Assembly: GCA_016840095.1 (NCBI GenBank) | Contig: JAEOSZ010000094.1 | Span: 1-33,780 of the forward strand | Origin: Candidatus Heimdallarchaeota archaeon | GTDB lineage: Archaea > Asgardarchaeota > Heimdallarchaeia > Heimdallarchaeales > Heimdallarchaeaceae | Reading direction: 5' to 3' | DNA: 33,780 nt | Shown here: piece by piece, positions 29,942-33,780 of the stretch | Layout of the letters: each line of letters begins with the position of its first letter | Numbering within the stretch: the stretch's first letter is position 1 | The notes under the pieces: model-generated | Database searches by the model: none | Told to the model about the DNA's origin: nothing | What the model saw: only the letters and a program-made list of their open reading frames with translations | Program-made: the position numbers and the translations under genes

Positions 29942-30040
29942 AATAGTCAATACTGAATCTTTTTCTCTTTTTCTATGTTTTTTTGCTAAATAACTAGGGA
30001 TTCTTTCGAAAAGCTTTTTTGATTATAGTGAGAATTATGA

Positions 30041-30955
30041 GTGAGTATAATGAGTGATATAGGTAGTGATGACTTTCCGCTATACATGTCTTCAGCAATT
30101 ATTGAAGAAAAGGAGCATGTTGAAATCGTTGTAATTTATGAAGGAGAAGGGGTTGGAATCGATAATGTTCTACTCATAGGTAAAAGTAACAATTTACAAC
30201 AAGACATTTCAAAAGCAGCTTTATTTACAAAAGAAGACAAAGTTGGAAGAGCAGCTTATAAAATATCTTTTCCTATATGGGAAGATGGTTCGTTTCAAGC
30301 AGTTGTTGAAAAAGAAGGAAAATTCATTTATGAACCTGGAGAAGCTCATAATCTAGTTTTTCGTGGTCGAGGAGTATTTTTGGATCTTAGAAAAATATTC
30401 CACTTATCAAAAGAAATCCAGAAACCAAAACAAAAAACTAAGAAAAAAGGAAAAGAAGCAGCAGAAGAAGTTGTAACTGAAGAGCCAGAAATAAAACATA
30501 CTGAAGCTCCTGCATATGATGACTTCAATATGTTATCTCTTAAACCAAAGGATTTCAAGATATTCACACCAGAGTTGAAAGGAAAACTTATACAAGTTCT
30601 TGATTATCTTGAGAACGACAAAAGTCAATCACTCGTCTTTGATACTGTTATCCTTCCAGAAGTAGCCAGATCTCTTAAAATCTGTATAAATGAAGAACTA
30701 AGAGCTTCGGTCTATGATGTTTGTTTTCCAGTAATTATTTTTATAGAAAAGGCACTTATATTTAGCAATATGATTCATAAACAATTAGAAAAAGAGGAAT
30801 CAAAAGAACGGTATAAGAGGGAAGTTATAGATAGAATTCCAGAGTTTAGGAAAACTTTAGAAGTAACAGAATTTCATCGCGCAACAGATCTAATTAAAAG
30901 AGATTATGATGATGACATTCATTCACTGAAAATGAAGTTTTACGAGGAGATTTAA
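30041..30955 (+). CDS. Hypothetical soluble protein (beta-rich N-domain, Lys/Glu-rich linker, helical C-domain)
   Basis: Long non-overlapping ORF with protein-like composition; no family recognised. Confidence 0.7.
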   Translation: MSIMSDIGSDDFPLYMSSAIIEEKEHVEIVVIYEGEGVGIDNVLLIGKSNNLQQDISKAALFTKEDKVGRAAYKISFPIWEDGSFQAVVEKEGKFIYEPGEAHNLVFRGRGVFLDLRKIFHLSKEIQKPKQKTKKKGKEAAEEVVTEEPEIKHTEAPAYDDFNMLSLKPKDFKIFTPELKGKLIQVLDYLENDKSQSLVFDTVILPEVARSLKICINEELRASVYDVCFPVIIFIEKALIFSNMIHKQLEKEESKERYKREVIDRIPEFRKTLEVTEFHRATDLIKRDYDDDIHSLKMKFYEEI

Positions 30956-32073
30956 TCAGAGCTTTGTATGTTTATCTTTGTTAGTTTATACTGGTGATAA
31001 GCAGTTAATACTTTGATATAACCATTCCTTATATCAGGTACATTTATTGGAGAGTCAAGATCTAATTCAAGTTGATCTATTGTTTCCAATTTTTGTTCTG
31101 ACGAGAGAATCACAAATTTAATGCTTCTTGCATTGATCAAAACTCTGGAGCTTATTTGTTGATTACCGCGTCCTAAAAGAAAACCTTGACCACCTATCGG
31201 AGTAAGAATGATAGTAATATCTTTATCTTTTGTAAGTTCAAACAACTTTTGTTCATTTACATCTCGGTTAACAATTTTACCATTTTCAAAGAAGTCTACT
31301 CCTAGTAAAGTTTTTTCAACATTTATAGCTTTTAACACATGGTAGACAGTGCTTCCAGTTCCCAAAACAACGTTGCTTTCATTGAGATCATGTTCTTCTT
31401 TCAATTCTAGTGCCATTGCTTCATAAGTCTCCACAGATGTTATTGAAGAGGAAATCTTTCCTCCTTGTATCAAACCTGTTTTCTGGGGAACCATTAAATG
31501 TCCGAAAAGAGTTGCATGAACTTTGTTTTCTCTAAACAATGCTTCATTTACATCCATAACATCTTCTGCAGCAGTAATTAATTCTTCAGCTACTAAATCT
31601 TCCATAATCTCTCCCAGATCTTGGGGATGATAAAGAAAACATCCACTGAACATTTTCACTCCAGAAGGAATTCCTAAAGTAGGGATTTTATCCTCTATAA
31701 CTGAAGCAACATCTCTTGCGGTTCCATCTCCACCCACAAAAAGTATTAAATCAACTTCTTTTTCCAGAAATACTCTACATGCTTCTTGTGTATCTTCAGC
31801 AGCAGTTCTCTCCTCTAAAGGAGTGTAAACTAAATCTTTCTCAAAGGAAAACTCTTCTAGAATTTTTGCTCCCATTGGATTATCACAATAATAAAAAATT
31901 AATGGTAAATTAGGTGATAATGATGACAGTGCTTTTTTAACTCTTCCAAAAGAATACTGCTCTCCGCTTTCGAAATATTCCCAAGCTTCTTCTATTAAAT
32001 CAGTTCCTTTCCACCCTTTCTTACCACCTAATCCAGCAATGGGATTAACTAGAAATCCTACTTTGAATAACAC
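30952..32073 (-). CDS. ATP-NAD/AcoX kinase-family protein; start taken at GTG 32073 (track start 32118)
   Basis: GFLVNPIAGLGG, GGDGTARD, GIPSGVKMFSG, TPIGGQGFLLGRGNQQIS. Confidence 0.88.
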   Translation of the reverse strand: MLFKVGFLVNPIAGLGGKKGWKGTDLIEEAWEYFESGEQYSFGRVKKALSSLSPNLPLIFYYCDNPMGAKILEEFSFEKDLVYTPLEERTAAEDTQEACRVFLEKEVDLILFVGGDGTARDVASVIEDKIPTLGIPSGVKMFSGCFLYHPQDLGEIMEDLVAEELITAAEDVMDVNEALFRENKVHATLFGHLMVPQKTGLIQGGKISSSITSVETYEAMALELKEEHDLNESNVVLGTGSTVYHVLKAINVEKTLLGVDFFENGKIVNRDVNEQKLFELTKDKDITIILTPIGGQGFLLGRGNQQISSRVLINARSIKFVILSSEQKLETIDQLELDLDSPINVPDIRNGYIKVLTAYHQYKLTKINIQSSD

Positions 32074-32140
32074 AAGCTTGTTTAAAACAAAGGTTAGATT
32101 AAGTTTTTCATCTGGCATGAAAAAGAAAATGAGGAGAACT

Positions 32141-32689
32141 TTACTTGTTCTCTTGGTTAGTAGTGAGTTTCCTTAAACCTAAAAATTGGAAGACTGATGC
32201 AATAATTGGTGATACTAACTGCATCCAAAAAATCCAATAATTATAAGGTACCTTGACCATGTAAACTAGAATATCTGATGACAAAGAACTTAGAACTGTA
32301 TCTGTAAGAAACGGTTCAGGAATTTGGTAAATTAGATTTATTGAGTGATTTGTTAAAGGTAAAATCACTGCCAGTACTAAAATAATTGTAATAGCTGGAA
32401 GAATGAATGTATTGAGCATTTTTGGTTTCATATACGTTAAATAGAATAGATTCCCGATAAACAACAGACTGCTAATAATGAATATTATACCCATAATTAT
32501 CATCAAAGTTACTGTTGGTTGAAGATCATGTCCATGACCCAAGCTAGCTACTATAAAGGGTTTCAACTGTGAATGAAGTTTGAAGAAATGCGTTATATCA
32601 ACAGCAAACAGGAATGTTGTAAATAACCAAAATGTTGTAGAAATAATTCCAAAGATATTTTTGGAGTAGATGGAAAAATCATATCTCAT
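32141..32689 (-). CDS. Hypothetical membrane protein (about 4 TM)
   Basis: Hydrophobic segments; ATGA overlap with the upstream gene. Confidence 0.7.
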   Translation of the reverse strand: MRYDFSIYSKNIFGIISTTFWLFTTFLFAVDITHFFKLHSQLKPFIVASLGHGHDLQPTVTLMIIMGIIFIISSLLFIGNLFYLTYMKPKMLNTFILPAITIILVLAVILPLTNHSINLIYQIPEPFLTDTVLSSLSSDILVYMVKVPYNYWIFWMQLVSPIIASVFQFLGLRKLTTNQENK

Positions 32690-33084
32690 TCTTCTTTTCC
32701 TCCTGCAGGTGCGGGTTGTTTCTTCTTAACAGGGAAATAGAGATTTAACACTTTACCAATGTGTAATTCTTTACCTAGTTTTCTCTCAAGCACTTTTACA
32801 TGGAGCTGATACGATAAGAATAAACCAGCTACAATTATGAAATATGCCAGAATAGATAATGCAGGATCTAAAGAAAGTGTAGTTGGATCAGCATCCAAAA
32901 AGAACATTGGATAACCAAACATAGCAACTATCCAGATTAATCCCCACATACTGAAATTCAAAAACCAACCACGGGTTGTCCATTCTCCAATAATCGCAGT
33001 AAAAAGAAAAGTTAGTATTATTCCTATTACTAAATAAGCTAAGCCATATATTAACAATAGATGCCTTTTTTTAAATTCAGTCAC
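32686..33084 (-). CDS. Hypothetical membrane protein (about 3 TM)
   Basis: GTG start; hydrophobic segments and a charged tail. Confidence 0.7.
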   Translation of the reverse strand: MTEFKKRHLLLIYGLAYLVIGIILTFLFTAIIGEWTTRGWFLNFSMWGLIWIVAMFGYPMFFLDADPTTLSLDPALSILAYFIIVAGLFLSYQLHVKVLERKLGKELHIGKVLNLYFPVKKKQPAPAGGKEE

Positions 33085-33262
33085 AAATTAAAGAGAGTTA
33101 AGACTGTTTTAAGTTTAACTAATTTACATAAAAGAGAATAGAAAAAAACAGAAGAAATATAGGTATTACATGTAAAAAGTTACAAAATTATTCATTTTTT
33201 TGAAAAAATGCAAAAAAGTCAAAAAATGATATATAAATGTATTCTTTTTTGCTCTATTTTGA

Positions 33263-33422
33263 GAAAGCTATATAAGTGAGAATAGCCAAGTATTATTACT
33301 AGAACACTAGAAACAAGCAAATTCACATTTTGCACACGAAGTGTTAAATACGTATTAGCGATACATAAAAAAACGGCTGAAATCCTCAAAATATCGCTTT
33401 TGAGCCTCCCAAAACTTTATAA
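33263..33422 (+). promoter_or_regulatory. Tandem BRE/TATA promoter candidates upstream of the terminal wHTH gene
   Basis: gaaagctatataag at 33263-33276 and aaaactttataa at 33411-33422. Confidence 0.55.
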
Positions 33423-33531
33423 GGGTTAAGATTAGAGAACAGTATCGCTAACAAAAATTCGACTCTTAGACGAGCTCTAAAGAGTAAGACAGCCATTCAA
33501 GCTGGCTGAACATCGAAAAAGGTGTATTAAA

Positions 33532-33780
33532 ATGAAAAGACGAAAACTGCCACGCGGTGGAGAAGACATAATTAAAGTCTTAGATGTAAGCGGTCCTATG
33601 ACTCAGAAGCAAATCCTTGGGTCAGTTAGTCAACCTGAAAGGACTGTTCGTTACGGTATTAGAAGGTTGCTTGAGAAAGGAATCCTTAAGAAAATGTCCA
33701 ATTTATCAGATATGCGTAGTGTATTTTATTATTTGGATCCTGCAATACGTGACAACTTTGAGTTTCTTATTGGAGAAACA
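33532..33780 (+). CDS. Archaeal MarR/TrmB-like winged-helix regulator, truncated by the window end (not in the ORF track)
   Basis: Manual translation gives MKRRKLPRGGEDIIKVLDVSGPMTQKQILGSVSQPERTVRYGIRRLLEKGILKKMSNLSDMRSVFYYL..., matching the GP-x-TQK...RTVRY...D-x-R..Y pattern; GGTG lies upstream. Confidence 0.85.
   Translation, partial: MKRRKLPRGGEDIIKVLDVSGPMTQKQILGSVSQPERTVRYGIRRLLEKGILKKMSNLSDMRSVFYYLDPAIRDNFEFLIGET

Noticed and set aside
33085-33531. tRNA, known riboswitch or hammerhead ribozyme in the long intergenic region
   Set aside because: No T-loop/cloverleaf, no CUGAUGA core and no recognisable TPP, fluoride or c-di-GMP consensus; an Rfam search is still needed.

Overview
AT-rich, gene-dense archaeal chromosomal segment. 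The group II chaperonin, archease with RtcB, BRE/TATA promoters and split GcvPA/PB are consistent with an Asgard (Heimdallarchaeia-like) archaeon, but the lineage is inferred and not shown. About 30 genes are present. Amino-acid catabolism is prominent: tyrosine phenol-lyase, glycine cleavage T, H, P1 and P2, imidazolonepropionase, and two divergent MIO ammonia-lyases. There is an RNA-processing neighbourhood (YlqF/Nug-type GTPase, TatD, DHH-DHHA1 nuclease, RtcB, archease), a thermosome subunit, a MenA-like prenyltransferase with an extra N-terminal domain, a DegT aminotransferase and an NAD-kinase-like protein. I saw no rRNA, tRNA, CRISPR array or transposase. The most unusual items are (1) a stand-alone thioredoxin(CxxC)-V4R-V4R protein divergent from the thermosome, (2) a free-standing GIY-YIG nuclease with seven exact 17-aa repeats and a recently duplicated HTH-like module, (3) a non-canonical MIO lyase head-to-head with a canonical HutH, (4) a split-barrel-MenA fusion, (5) a 45-codon single-TM ORF absent from the ORF track, and (6) a structured regulatory region before a truncated wHTH gene at the window end. 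Novelty cannot be confirmed without database searches.
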